A stretch of 64,000 nt of DNA, taken from Lytechinus pictus. Its lineage: Eukaryota. The stretch covers positions 11,906,001-11,970,000 of the forward strand of contig NC_087263.1 of NCBI RefSeq assembly GCF_037042905.1, in the 5' to 3' direction. Positions 51,601 through 64,000 of the stretch are shown here, one piece after another. The notes under the pieces are model-generated. The model had not been told where the DNA came from. It did not search any database and saw only the letters and a list, made by a program, of their open reading frames with translations. Both the position numbers and the translations under genes were made by a program. Positions within the stretch are counted from its first letter, which is position 1. Each line of letters starts with the position of its first letter.

Positions 51601-54600
51601 GCGCTGCTAAGTTGCTGCCGGGCTCACGATCTACAGGGTATGGGCAAAATAAATTTTCGGAGCATTTCTGTTACTGAATTCTATTTTGAACAATAAAATA
51701 TGTATTATTATCATCCATTATTAATATTAATTTCATTTCATCATCATCATCATCATACTACTATATAACCATCAGTACTTCAAGTCTGGAGCAGTTTTCT
51801 TCATGTTGATTTGTAATAAAATATTGCAATTATTGGAGCAATATTCTAAAACCAGCGGGCCAAAATCCTGCCTGTATTTCTAAAATGCAGTGCCTCAAAT
51901 TGTTTAAAACCAAGAAAATGATTTTAATGAATTTTCATGACAGTCTACCCTCTCTAGATTTCAAGATGGTGGCCATTTTGCAGCATATCTGTTGGACAGA
52001 TTACTGGGGGCAATTTCAATATCCCTAGATGCCAAACTTTAAAATAATACGTTACGTGATACTAGATAAAGTGATTTTTTTTCAATGATCTTTTTTCATG
52101 GCAGCCATCTTGGATTTCAAGATGGCTGACATTTTGCCTCTGACTCGGGATCAGATCGCTGAGGGCCAGCAATATTTGAAATAAGCACCCCACACTCCGT
52201 CGATTTGTCAAAGTGCAATAATGCAGATCATATAAAACTCAAAGAAATAATTTAAAGCCTCTCAACAGAAAATGATTGTTCTGGATGGTTATTATTCAAC
52301 CAAAGCCACTTCAAATGTGTAACTGCGGAAGAAGCTAGCTGGTTTGTGTATTTATGGTGCTTCATACTTACGTAACATCTATATCAGCAATTAAGGATGC
52401 CAAATTCCTTGCAACGGACAAAGATGTGGTTGTGTTGGATTTGTTTTCAGTGCCAATGCAATGGGTTTTACTCACCATTATAATGTTGAACATCATTCAA
52501 ACTTGGTAACCATATTGGAATTCAAAATAGCATCTATTTACTATGTTCTTTTCATTGATCAAGGATGCAAAGATCAAGTTTTTTTCAAAATTTAAAGTGT
52601 TACAGGCCATACGTAAGACTTGAGCAAATTATCTTTCATGGCGGCCATCTTGGATTTTAAGATGGCGGCCGTTTTGCTGCTGACCTGGAGGTCAAATTGC
52701 TGGGGGCCGGCAATATTTGACATCAGTGCCTCAAAATACCCCTATATGCCAAATTTCAGTGTCGCCTATCATGTAAAACTCAAGAAAATGACATTTAATG
52801 ATTTTTCATGGCGGCCATCTTGGATTTCAAAATGGCGGCCATTTTGCCACCGACCAAATTGTCAAATTGCTGGGGGCCGGCAATATTTGAAATCAGTGCC
52901 TAAAAATACCCCTATATGCCAAATTTCAGTGTAACACGTCATGTAAAACTCTTGAAAATGACACTAAAGATTTCTCATGGCGGCCATCTTGGATTTCAAA
53001 ATGGCGGCCAAACCGATGGTCAAATCACTTGGGGCTGGCAATATTTGAAATCAGCACCCCAAATTAAGCCTATATGCCAAATTTCAATACCGCAGTTCAT
53101 ATAAAACTCGAGAAAATGATTGCAATAATATATCATGGCGGCCATCTTGGATTCCAAGATGGCGGCCATTTAGCCGCCGGCCAAATTGTCAAATTGCTGG
53201 GGGCCGGCAATATTTGAAATCAGTGCCTCAAAATACCCCTATATGCCAAATTTCAGTATAACATGCCATGTAAAACTCAAGAAAATGACATTTAATGATT
53301 TTTCATGACGGCCATCTTGGATTTCAAAATGGCGGCCGAACCGATGGTCAAATCACTTGGGGCCGGCAATATTTGAAATCAGAACCCCAAATTAAGCCTA
53401 TATGCCAAATTTCAATACCGCAGTTCATATAAAACTCGAGAAAATGATTGCAATAATATATCATGGTGGCCATCTTGGATTCCAAGATGGCGGCCATTTA
53501 GCCGCCGGCCAAATGGTCAAATTGCTGGGGGCCGGCAATATTTGAAATCAGTGCCTCAAAATACCCCTATATGCCAAATTTCAGTGTCACATGCCATGTA
53601 AAACTCAAGAAAATGACATTTAATGATTTTTCATGGCGGCCATCTTGGATTTCAAAATGGCGGCCGACCCGAAGGTCAAATCGCTTGGGGCCGGTAATTT
53701 TTGAAATCAGCGCCCAAAAATACCCCTGTGTGCCAAATTTCACACTTTCTGCCAGATTCGAGAATCTTTTTCACATATCTACTGGACTAATTTCTTCATC
53801 CTGCTATGTAAGGCAAGCTTACGTAATATCTTGCTTTGAAATCTGCCTATCATAATGAAAGAAATGAAAGGTCATTTGACCGAAAATTGTCCATGAGTAA
53901 CTACGAACTGGTCTATTGAAAGCTTGTAATACTTCATAACTCAGAAGTTCAAGCATTATGCATTTCTACCGTTTACCAGCTGAGTATTAATTATTATTTT
54001 GCTAAATAATAGCTCAAATTTTCTGGCTTCGAAAACAGATTTTCTTGTCCTTTCCATCGGCCTTAAAACGTAACGTTACGTAGTTATTTAAACGTTGTGT
54101 TTCAACACAGAAAATCCGGGTTAGTTTTATGCTTTTCAGATTAAGCATTTTTTCTATGACATAGAAATATCATTAATATATTAAAGGAGAATTAAACCTT
54201 TGGAACAAGATAGCTTGTGTGAAAACAGAAAAATCAAAGAAACAGATCAACGAACGTTTGAGAAAAATTGGACAAATATTGAGAAAGTTATGAGCATTTG
54301 GATATTGCGATCAACAATGCTATGGAGATCCTCACATTGGCAATGCGACAAAGATATGTGATGTCACTTGTGAACAACTCTCCGCATTTCACTTAAACTG
54401 TCTCTTTTATCACATATATCAGTAGATCATGATATTCTTTCTAAAGGAGTGCATGTAATACAAATTTCTAAAGAATACATAATGCAGGGTCGTGGATAAA
54501 TAGTTTGTATCACCATATAAGAAAAAGCAAAATGAGACATTTTGGGGGTATTTTATAGTCCCTCAAAGGGAAAGTTGTTCACATGTGACATCACACATCC

Positions 54601-55251
54601 TTGTAGCATTGCCAATTGATGGATCTTCATAGCATTAGTGATTGCAATATTCAAATGTTCATAACTTTCTCATTATTTGTCCAATTTGTCTAAAACTTTC
54701 CTTGTCCTTATTCTTTGATTGTTTCTGTTTCGACACAAGCCTACTTGTTCCAAAGGTTTCATTCCTCTTTAAACTATAAGCCTGAACTGATGGAATCTAC
54801 AGCTTTAAATAACGTTTTGTCATATTATATTTCCCGCTAATTTGGCGCAGCTTTGAAATTCTATCGGCATTTAGATTATCTGTAACATCTTTTTCTGAGA
54901 GAGCAATTTAGGCCAAATAATAGACAGCATATGTCATCTATTTGGACAAATTGGCCAAGTTAGATTTTTCACCTCCAACGTTCGATGACATCACAAGTAA
55001 CAATTGTCAACTTGGTGTCAAATTTCTAGTGGTTATCTTGATAATGTTCGGGGTCAAATGGGGTCAATAAGGGTCAATGGGTCGATTTATACATCAAATT
55101 ATTTATCTTTTTAAACTTAACAAAGGAATTTACAGCACCATTGACCTTGACCTTCCATTAAACAGTTATGACCGGAAAGGTCAAAAGGTCATCGACCTTT
55201 CATTTAATGGCAATTTACATTACACTAATAGTGTTAAGAAAGCTCTGTTTT

Positions 55252-55284
<33 letters not shown>

Positions 55285-58200
55285 ATTTTTTTTTCGATTT
55301 TGATAAGTTCATCTTCAGAAGTCTTTGTCCAGAAGACATAAAGGGTCATAGGGAGTAAAGTGAGAGCTCATAGTGGGAACATTATTTTGTCAGGTAGCCG
55401 TTAATTCATGACAAACAAAGAAATCACACTCAAAAACTAGTGAAGGGTTGTAGGTTTCCATCCATTGTAAGCACTGAATAATTGTCAGTGCCAATTTCTT
55501 CTGCAATAAAAAAAAATATAATTTATAACATAAAAAGCTGAAAATCACAAATGTGTTATGTGTACAAACCTATGGATTCACAACGCTTCTAACACAACAT
55601 GACGTCACGTTCTTGAAGCCGTATGGGTTTGGGTATCGTTATTGATAAAAGGAATTAACTTGGCGACCATACATTGACGGTGTCCGATCCAAAGTCCTAC
55701 GCAGTTTCTATATGTTGAGGAGAATCCGACCATATATAGACATACCCACTGCTACTCTTTTGTATAAGACATTGATTCACCCCCATTTCGACTATTGTAA
55801 CACCGTGTGGATGAAACCTGATTCAACTTCTCTGAAACGGCTTCAAATCCTCCAAAACAGAGCAATGAGGATAATCCTACAGGTGGATTGTCGCTGCAGT
55901 AGAACACTTCTTTATCAGACTGTTTCTGTTAACTGCTTAAATGTAAAGTTAAAGAAAGACCTCGTCACTTTGATATTCAAACTATCAAATAATCTGCTTC
56001 CAAATGTATTAGACTCAAAACTTACACGCTACACTCACTTAGAAATATCGAACAGTATATTCATCTTCCAAAATCCCACACCAATATGTGAAAAATGGCT
56101 CTTTATATCTTGCCAGTCATTTATTCAATAACCTCCCCCAATCTGTAAGAACACAAACAAATCTACCAGCTTTTTAAAAATGCATCTAAAAATATATTTC
56201 CAATTAGTTTTCCGTAATTGTTGCTGACTGAGATTCTGACCATTGTATTGTTTTCATTTATTGTCATGTATATTGATTGTACTTTTGTTTATGTTTTAAA
56301 TGTGTATATATTTATATATTTTTGTTTGTTTTTTTTAGTTCTTATTCTCTTATCTCGAATCTCTTTTTCTATCATGTAATTTATTTCTGTTCAAATGTTT
56401 ATATTTATTATTTTGTTCTTGATTTATAACTTATTGTTTTATGTTTTTCAGCCTTTATGTACGGACTTGCTGAAAAACAGCCTTGCGGCTGAAAGCATGT
56501 TTTTTATTCTGTATTTAAATAAATAAAACATACATCCATACAAACAAAAGCACAAGAAAGCCTATGCTTGAGCGCCTAGGCAGCTCAGCTAAAGCCAGGG
56601 TAATAATAATAGCAGGGCCCGCTGGTAGAACAGTTTTCGAAACTGAAGTGGCTACCCTGGGTAAATATACCTAGATTATTATTATTATTATTGTCGAAAG
56701 CCCTTAATTTGAGTTTTCTTAAGCTAAATACTCAGCTGTCAAGCGGTTTATATACATAAAATTTACATTTTTGTTCTATGTACATGTAGCTCATGTATTT
56801 CACATTTGTCAATTTGACCTTTTGTCCCGGTCTGGGTCTTTAAATGCAACATTGGGAGTTCCTGTTCCCATGGGGCACACTTTACGCATCAAAACGCCCT
56901 CTGCGTTCAATGCAAGATTTCAGTTCAGTGGCTGCGAAGTGAAGCAGATTTGGGGACCGTCTCATAAAGAGTTACAACTGTTGTAACTTTGCCATTATGG
57001 CAACTACCTAGGTAACCTTTATTTGGATTGGCTGCTGAGCCATATTTCCATGGTAGTTGCCATAATTGCAAAATTACAACAGTTGTAACTTTTTATGAAA
57101 CGGGCCCCTGGACTTATAGTTTTATACTCCTGCTTTTAGTATTCCTGTTCTATTCCGAACTTCAAATCTGTTATATTCAATCTCAATGCGATTTGTCCGT
57201 AATAGCGTCGTAGTCGAATCGTGCGGCGTAGTTTAGGGTGCAGAGTTACATATCCTGTAGAGCAGTGGTGTCAGAAGGGCCAAATATTTTCTTATCAGAG
57301 AAAAAAAAAATGTCACCGTACCATTCTGGTATACCACTATCCATTGAAAAAGTTTTTTTGGCTAAAGAGACATTCAGATTCTGTCATATGCTATCACATG
57401 AACATGCTGCCCCTCCCCACCCCCCGGAAGGTTCAAATTTTCAGTATTATTTTGAATGCAAAAAGAAACATGCACTCTCAAAACTGTAAAGATGCCGTAT
57501 TTATGGTGCGAACAGGAAGAAATGGTGCATACTTTCGCCTTTTTAAGTTAGGGCGCAAGATTGCATTAAAAGTCTAGGTGATTGGTGAAAAAAATGTTCA
57601 GAAAATGGTACAAGCATGAAAATCGGCACAAAGTTAGAGTAAGTTATTCTAAACATTTTTAGCAGGGGGTGCCAACGTGAGTTCACCAAACATAGCAATG
57701 GTTGCTAGGTAACATATGTACCTTAGTAACTGAGCTTAATTGGGCTTGAGTTACATTTTCACAGGCGATATGTCATATAAATTTTAATCTAAAGCATGTA
57801 CTTTTGTATCATAATAGTTTTTATCCATTTATTCACAACAACGGTTGCTAAGTGGCCCTCTTCCGTAGCAACAGATTCTTTGTCTTAGTTCAGATCATTA
57901 CAATTTACTCAGAATAGCTCAGAAATTAAATCTGGCCCATAGATTTCTCATGTGATGAATTTTTCCATAGGTAGACAAAATGAGCACCATAGCAACCGTT
58001 GCTAAGTAACATTTTCCACGGTAACCATTTATCATAGGGTATCTTTTTTATGATTATAATTTCTATGAATCGCATCTTTTTTATTAGCGCATTAATACAT
58101 TAATCACAACAACCCAAGAACAATTATACCATGTATACAAGCACATGCGAAGTACCAGTTGGTAAGTAATATGTTTTCTGTAGCAACCAATGGTTAAAGG

Positions 58201-61200
58201 CCGTAAGGTAAGATTATTGATGTGGGTAAATCATAAAGGTACTAATAGATGCTTAAAAAGTAAAACATTGCACAACTTCCAAAGACGATGTCTATGGGTT
58301 CCATATTATTGGTATAATACATGTATATATTGCATGTGAAAAGAACCTCACCCATAATTATCCATTTGGAAACCATATTTATTCTAGATTAATTTAAACA
58401 TTATGTAAAAGATCGACCCTAGGAAATAATTCCACAATATCAATATTTAGCAAGAGGTCACTCTTGAAGAACGGTTACAAGAGCTCCCCAGGAGGTCATG
58501 GGTACTTACAACCTAAATATCTCTGATCTTGGAGAGATTAAAGAATGACCACCAAAAATTGATTGAGTCAACTTAGTTTAGAATTATTTCAAACACCAAA
58601 AACTTGCCAGAAGTGAACTTTCAATTGAGTGCTTGAATACCACTTTATCCCTTGCTAAAAGTAGTCGGCCTCTTGAAAGCCAACACACTTTGAATAAGGT
58701 TTATTACCTAGATACTATTATTATGCAGATATTATAATTATTTGGACTGCTTCTGATTTTTTCAGGCTTATTACTCCCAGGTTTCATACTTTGACCAATT
58801 TTCTAACAATTTTCATTCAAATATTATGACCAGATGTGGTATGCAGGAATATTATCTGTAGTTGCTATGGAAAATGTGTTGCTTAGCAACTGTTGCTGTA
58901 AATGGTTGGAACGTTGCTTGATATGGGATTGTAAATTTGGCGCTTAGAAGTCAAAATATAGTTTTTTAAATGAAAGTAACACCCCCAAAATGGTGGTTGC
59001 TAAGGTAAATATGTTACCTAGCAACTGTTGCTATACGAAGAGAGATCAGGTTGGCACTCCCTGCTAAAAATGTTCAGCACTGTTTACTCTACCTGTCAGC
59101 CAAATTTCATGCTTGTACCATAATCTGAACAATTGTTGCTATTTTTTGCACCGATCATCCAGACTATATGGTCCAAGCTCACTCAGCCCTCCTAAATTAT
59201 TTGTTAGAGCCACGTTCGCGCGAATGGTACTATTAAGTGTGTTAAAAAAACAAGTCTGAGTCTGAAAAAGAAATTGAGAAACAGGAACCCTATATAATGA
59301 TGATAACAATAATAACAGTATTGATAATTACAATAATAAGCTATGATAATAATAATAATAACTGTTATTACTATTATTATTGTTATTATTATTATTATGA
59401 TTATTATTGTTATTACAATGATGACTTAAAAGGAGTTTAGATTGATCTTTTTCTAATTACTACGTACTATGAAGTGATCTTGAATCCGATTGTGGACTTG
59501 AGTTCTACGGCACTATTACTAACCTGTAAACAGTCCTGCGCAAGATATGCCTAGCCCACACATGAAGTTAGAAATCGCCACAGCCATGTCGAAATTATCC
59601 TCATCAAAAATCGCTCCTTTAGACAGACTGGTGTACACGGAATCCTCGACAAAGAAGGAAAACCCTTGAATGAATGCAAGGGTGGCACGAACAGGATAGG
59701 CAGAACTGGTGAAATCCAAGAAGAAACAGCCCGTGCAGACTGAACCCACCGCGATGTACACGGACAGGTCACTGACCCCTTTGCTGATAAGGATAATAAA
59801 GATTGTCCGACCGAGAATACCACCTATTCCACCTAAAGTGGAGAGGTAGACAGCTTTGGAAGGAGGGATGCCTAGCTGTTCACCATGGGGTACGAGAAAC
59901 AGCATCCATGCATATGTTGTGTAAGATATGAAGAAGGGAATCGGGAGTGAGAGGAGAAAGATCCCTTCCTGAAGCAGTCCACAATCTCCTCGAGAGTCAT
60001 TCGGTAAGGTTTCATGGTTTCTTTGAAAGCGACGGGGCTCATGTTGAATCAAACGCCACTCCTCTAGAAAAGTTTCCTCACAATTTTCATCTTCCTGTTC
60101 CCTTTGCCGTATCTCGAACTGCGAGACGTTCTCTTCCCACATTTTGTCATCCAGCTGGTGAAGCATAACCTCCCCGTTCAGTGATGGGCGTTCTTGGGAA
60201 CCACACCTGTGTCTCTTCTCCTCTTGATCGCGGCCGCCGCGTTCACTAGTATCACCATTAGGCCTGCAAGTCGCCTTCCGAATCGTTGCTCCACAAACGA
60301 GAAGGTGAAGAGCTACACCGCCGAGGATAATGAATTCCCCCTGATATCCATACGCCGGAAGTGACCTTTCAATTACAATAGGGAGTAGCAATGACCCTGA
60401 CGTGTAACCATATGCCGCAACGGTACTCCATAATACAAAGTTGTCTTTAAAGAAATCATTTAGCGCAAGGACTGTAGGCAAGAAGGTCATTGCTAATCCA
60501 ACACCTGCAAGAAAAAAACACAGAACAAGGCAAAAATTAACCACACACTCTTTCCATTATATTCCTGAGGTGTTTCACAAAGATTTAGGTATGACTTAGG
60601 GTCGCACTTAAGTGCCGACGAGTATGTGATAAGATTATGCAACACACGGTCTTATTGATTAATACACAGTAGTGCGCGTCCTCTTGACAGATCTGACCTA
60701 CCTATAAGCCAGTTCGTAGTCGACTCCACTCTGCGCATGATCAGAGGAAGGTCATTTGTACTAAAGTGATATGGTATAGTTTGAAATTTAATGAGATGAG
60801 CACCAACTTTGATGTCTTGATTATTCATATGAATTTTTTTTAATTTTTTTTTTCATACTGTCAATTGGTGTGTTGTTCTAGTCACTGACCGCACAGAAAC
60901 GATGTTAGCGCTAACAATGCGCTAACAGATGCCCTGTTACAACCGGTAATATAGCAGCGATGCATTATGTTACAACAATGGATTCCTTACATATTGGAAT
61001 GAATGTTATGACTTTATAATCCGAAAGATGTGACGGGCTTATACTGTTAGAGCTTTGTTAGGCTAACAACGTTTCTGTGCGGCTGGCACTGGTCTATTCA
61101 TTTTCGTCTTTCAATCAGAGGGACGTGGGTTCGAATTCCAGCCATGGCGTGTTTTCCTTCAGCAAGAGATTTACCCACATTGTGCTGCACTCGACCCAGG

Positions 61201-62481
61201 TGAGGTGAATGGGTACCCGGTAGGATTATTCCTTGAATGATTTAATGCTTATACGGTGGCTCAGCTACAGCCTGTGTAATAATATGATACCAAGTATCAA
61301 GCGCAGTAGAGTATACGCAATTATAGTAGCTGCGCTATATAAATGGACCATATTATTATTATGATAAATAATTTTTTTATAGTAAAGAATTTGAGAATCT
61401 GAGAACCAACGGAAAGAGCAACCTACAAATTACTCTAATGGTTAATCTCTACTTGAAATTTGAGAGCGAGTTTTGGAAATATTTACGAAAAATCGGTAAA
61501 TTTGGTGATTTCAGTTTCATGAAAAGAAAATGAGTATTTCACAATTCCAACAAGGGTCTGAGTTAGAATTCCTGTGCTCGAGAGACGATGTCATCAAAAT
61601 TGTAAGTAAAATGTGACATCAAATAATAAGCCTGTTCACGGTTGTAAACTGCGCACGAGCAGAAAAAGGTCATTGGAGACAACCATGAATGTGGCTTTCA
61701 AATTCACTGACATAGGCATTTGTGATTTGATGATTATTCATGTATTCCTTTCAAAATATTTATCACATCCAAGCTGAAGAGTAATAAATAGAGCCTTCAT
61801 AATCACTGGTATTTGACAGTAGCCTAAACAATAGTCAAATGTGCCAAAGGCAGACAATAAAACAGATTTCCAAACTTTATCCCTGATGCACCCACCTGGC
61901 CATTCTAGTCAGCTGGTCTATACAATGCCTTTTGTTCTTAGAATTTGAATACTCTACCGGTAAAGCTTACGCAACATCTACATTTGAAAATGATAGTGCT
62001 TATCCTAATGAAAAATCACAAAGGTCATTTGAGAAAAGTTGATCATGAGCTAACCGTGAACTGGCTTATTCAGTTGCGTTTTGTCTTATTGATAATGCAA
62101 GTACGATTAGTTTTTATGGATATCTATCACTTAATGTAATTTCTTAGTAGCTTTGTTGTTTTAAGGACACCATAGGAAACATTGGCTGGCTAGCTTCCAC
62201 TCCTTTAATTTTTGCCCTTATAGCTGCCCATATATAGAAATTTACCCCAAACTTACGCGCCACTTACACGGCCTTTTGTAACAAGCCTATCATATATGGA
62301 CAAGAATGAGCTCCAAAACTCAACTATATAATATACTTACCAGAGAGGGTGAGGCAGATGCCTACAGTAACTGCGGTTTTCAAGAAAGCACAGGCAATTA
62401 AACACAACGCTGACAACAGACCGCCAGACATAGCAACGGCTCGATGGTTGGCTCTACGGAGAGCGAGGGTTACAAAAGGAC
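48615..62481 (-). CDS. SLC16/monocarboxylate-transporter family MFS protein, last three coding exons (5' end outside window)
   Basis: Exons 62481-62341 (PFVTLALRRANHRAVAMSGGLL), 60504-59524 (GVGLAMTFLP...YGYQG...large loop...LFLVPHGEQLGI...GILGR) and 48751-48615 (GYLFDVTQSF...HIQTK*) are all joined in phase 1 with canonical ag/gt. Confidence 0.9.
50990..51700 (+). mobile_element. SINE-like element interrupted by a TTAA element
   Basis: B-box-like gagttcaagct. The body ...ggcggtcaacgaattaa | aggatagagc... rejoins across 51100-51573, and aataaa is at ~51692. Confidence 0.55.
51100..51573. mobile_element. TTAA-flanked MITE (Kolobok-like)
   Basis: ttaa|aggggaagttcaacc ... ggggtgaactcccttt|ttaa. 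Confidence 0.75.
54185..54768. mobile_element. TTAA-flanked MITE with long TIRs (Kolobok-like)
   Basis: ttaa|aggagaattaaacctttggaacaag ... cttgttccaaaggtttcattcctct|ttaa; the arms pair over more than 200 bp. Confidence 0.85.
55630..56545 (+). mobile_element. CR1/L2-group LINE 3' fragment
   Basis: LYKTLIHPHFDYCNTVW...LQILQNRAMRII, then an AT-rich UTR and an aaataaataaa tail. Confidence 0.85.
56952..57108. mobile_element. Palindromic Harbinger-type MITE
   Basis: ggggaccgtctcataaagagttacaactgttgtaa ... ttacaacagttgtaactttttatgaaacgggcccc. Confidence 0.75.
57570..59166. mobile_element. Third Academ-like non-autonomous element, rich in GTTGCTA/TAGCAAC motifs
   Basis: The left end aagtctaggtgattggtg...ggtacaagcatgaaa pairs with the right end tttcatgcttgtacc...caccgatcatccagacta. 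TIRs are ~150 bp and imperfect. Flanks are taa / tat. Confidence 0.75.
60706..61095. mobile_element. Shorter ISL2EU-like copy containing a ~200-bp palindromic MITE (~60887-61085)
   Basis: at|aagccagttcgtagt ... ggtct|at. The inner element has TIR gaccgcacagaaacg / cgtttctgtgcggc. Confidence 0.7.
61105..61360 (+). mobile_element. tRNA-derived SINE, 5'-truncated
   Basis: B-box ggttcgaattc, core tgtgctgcactcgacccaggtgaggtgaatgggtacc, and tail gcgctatataaat...attattatt. Confidence 0.85.
61628..62067. mobile_element. ISL2EU-like non-autonomous element (related subfamily)
   Basis: at|aagcctgttcacggtt ... aaccgtgaactggctt|at. Confidence 0.65.
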
Positions 62482-64000
62482 CTTAATATTGTGAGAGAAA
62501 GGGGAAAATTTGAGTTTCATATATATGAAAATATTTCACTTGTTTGTTTTCTGTGTTTTTTTTTGTCATATTTTTGTAAAGCGCTTTGAGCATGATCATG
62601 GAAAGGCGCTTAATAAATATTTAATGTATGTATAAGTTTTAATTAGATATTATAATTCTCATGTGAAATTAAAACAACCAAAATTACCAAAGGTCTTTAT
62701 CAATTTCGAATAAATAATGACATACGCCATTGTTCACCATGTCCACTAGAAAATACACGGAACACTTTCATGGAACGCTCTCAATGCTAAGATTTTCACA
62801 ATTTTCTCTGCCAATATTATTCATGATCATGCGTTTATCTTCTTTGAATTCATAATTCCCTGATTCCTGTAAATTCCACTTTGTAAAATCATCATTACCC
62901 CGTGTGTGTTCGTTTGTTAACCTATCTTTGCACTTAAAGTCATTTAGAATTTGGGCCCGGGTATACCATAGGCTAGCAGTTTTAGAAGTTTCGCTACATT
63001 GTTCGTCTTTTTAATTCATTTATACTTATATCTTTAATTTTTATTAATGATATATTTGTATTATATATATTGTATACATTTCTATATTTCTGATTTGCAT
63101 GTTGCAAAATGGATGTAGAAATTAAATAAACCAATAAATTCAAATGGTATATTGGAAACATTTCATTCTTTAATTTTAAGTATATGATTAATCCTGTTAA
63201 TTAAATCTCCTTGCATTTTTTCCTTGCCTGAGAATATTAATATCTTATTTATAACAACCAGTATATCATGCTAAGTATACATGGAAAATATTTTGTTTAA
63301 TGAATTGGAGAAAGGAATATATGAGTAAATCTTTGTTTTTAAATAGTCTTTTATTTAACACTATTGACTTTGAAAAGGCCGGAGAGATGTAACAATAATT
63401 ATTCATTATAGGAAGAGACATAATACTTATTTTGACACGGAAAGTGATTAATTGGATACAGTTCTTTTGACTTACTGACTGGCAATTTGTTAAATCAAAC
63501 ACTAACTCTATCTAGGGCATTAATCTCTTTATTACCAAGGAGGAACATAATTTACATCCTCGTTGTGCAGAGAGTATATTTTCATTGTTATGTAATAAAG
63601 CAAAATATATGATTCGATTTGATTTATTGTTCTTTTCTGCATACCTTCATATAATGTGTGCAAAACATTTTTTGTATAACATAACAGAAAATACATAACA
63701 TAAAATTATTTACTGTTATTGGCATGAATTAAATAATAAATGTACAATGGCCCAAAATAAATTTAATAACAATTACACTACAAAAAATCCGGTGTTGATT
63801 CAACACCAGCCCGGAATCTATATATGTGGCCCGTATTTTGAAGTCGGGTTTAAATTAAACCCAAGTTTAAAGTTGTGGTTTAACTATGGAGAGCCAATTG
63901 GAGCACAAATCCCTAACAGTACACATTTAATATATTAACTCACACGACATCCAAATTGTTTATAATCATGATAATTGTCTGGGAATGATAATGAAGTATT

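Larger units (their letters stand above)
49199..53789. mobile_element. Non-autonomous TAGT...ACTA transposon with 3-bp TSD and long repeat-built inverted arms (Academ-like)
   Basis: att|tagtggagcggttatgtgac ... tcacatatctactggacta|att. Arms ~49199-50690 and ~52470-53789 are built from a 328-bp unit rich in gccgccatcttggatttcaaaatggcggc. Confidence 0.88.
48874..53914. mobile_element. ISL2EU-like element split by a 4.6-kb insertion
   Basis: 48874-49198 plus 53793-53914 rejoin to the reverse complement of 6147-6595. Confidence 0.85.

Noticed and set aside
49193..53855. Repeated MAAILDFKMAA / WRPSWISKWR ORFs
   Set aside because: Translations of the non-coding gccatcttggatttcaagatggc repeat, not a repeat protein or transposase.
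59519..60544. 341-aa ORF read as a complete single-exon gene
   Set aside because: Its N-terminus is a polypyrimidine acceptor tract. The real exon is 60504-59524 within a spliced SLC16 gene.

Overview
AT-rich, intron-containing animal genomic DNA. The repeat landscape (tRNA-derived SINEs, CR1/L2 and L1/Tx1 LINE remnants, many MITEs, a foldback element) suggests a sea urchin or other echinoderm; that is inference, not proof. There are no prokaryotic features. Five spliced genes can be rebuilt by hand from GT/AG boundaries and phase continuity. (1) The last five exons of a P4HTM-like prolyl 4-hydroxylase (+, ends HTEL at 8926). (2, 3) Two tandem paralogues on the minus strand (16980->10569 and 31622->24027), each encoding two SSAT/SAT1-like GNAT domains in one chain, with a duplicated intron-phase pattern and substituted catalytic and polyamine-binding residues. 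Copy A has no recognisable last exon. (4) A two-coding-exon gene for a 130-aa single-pass membrane protein resembling MAP17/SMIM24 (40205->38274). (5) The 3' exons of an SLC16/MCT transporter (62481->48615). The non-coding space holds a giant near-perfect foldback (1-2806), three non-autonomous TAGT...ACTA elements (Academ-like; exact 3-bp TSDs on two) packed with YY1-like or RFX-like motifs, a four-layer nested transposon stack, and an L1/Tx1 remnant whose RT domain is deleted in frame.
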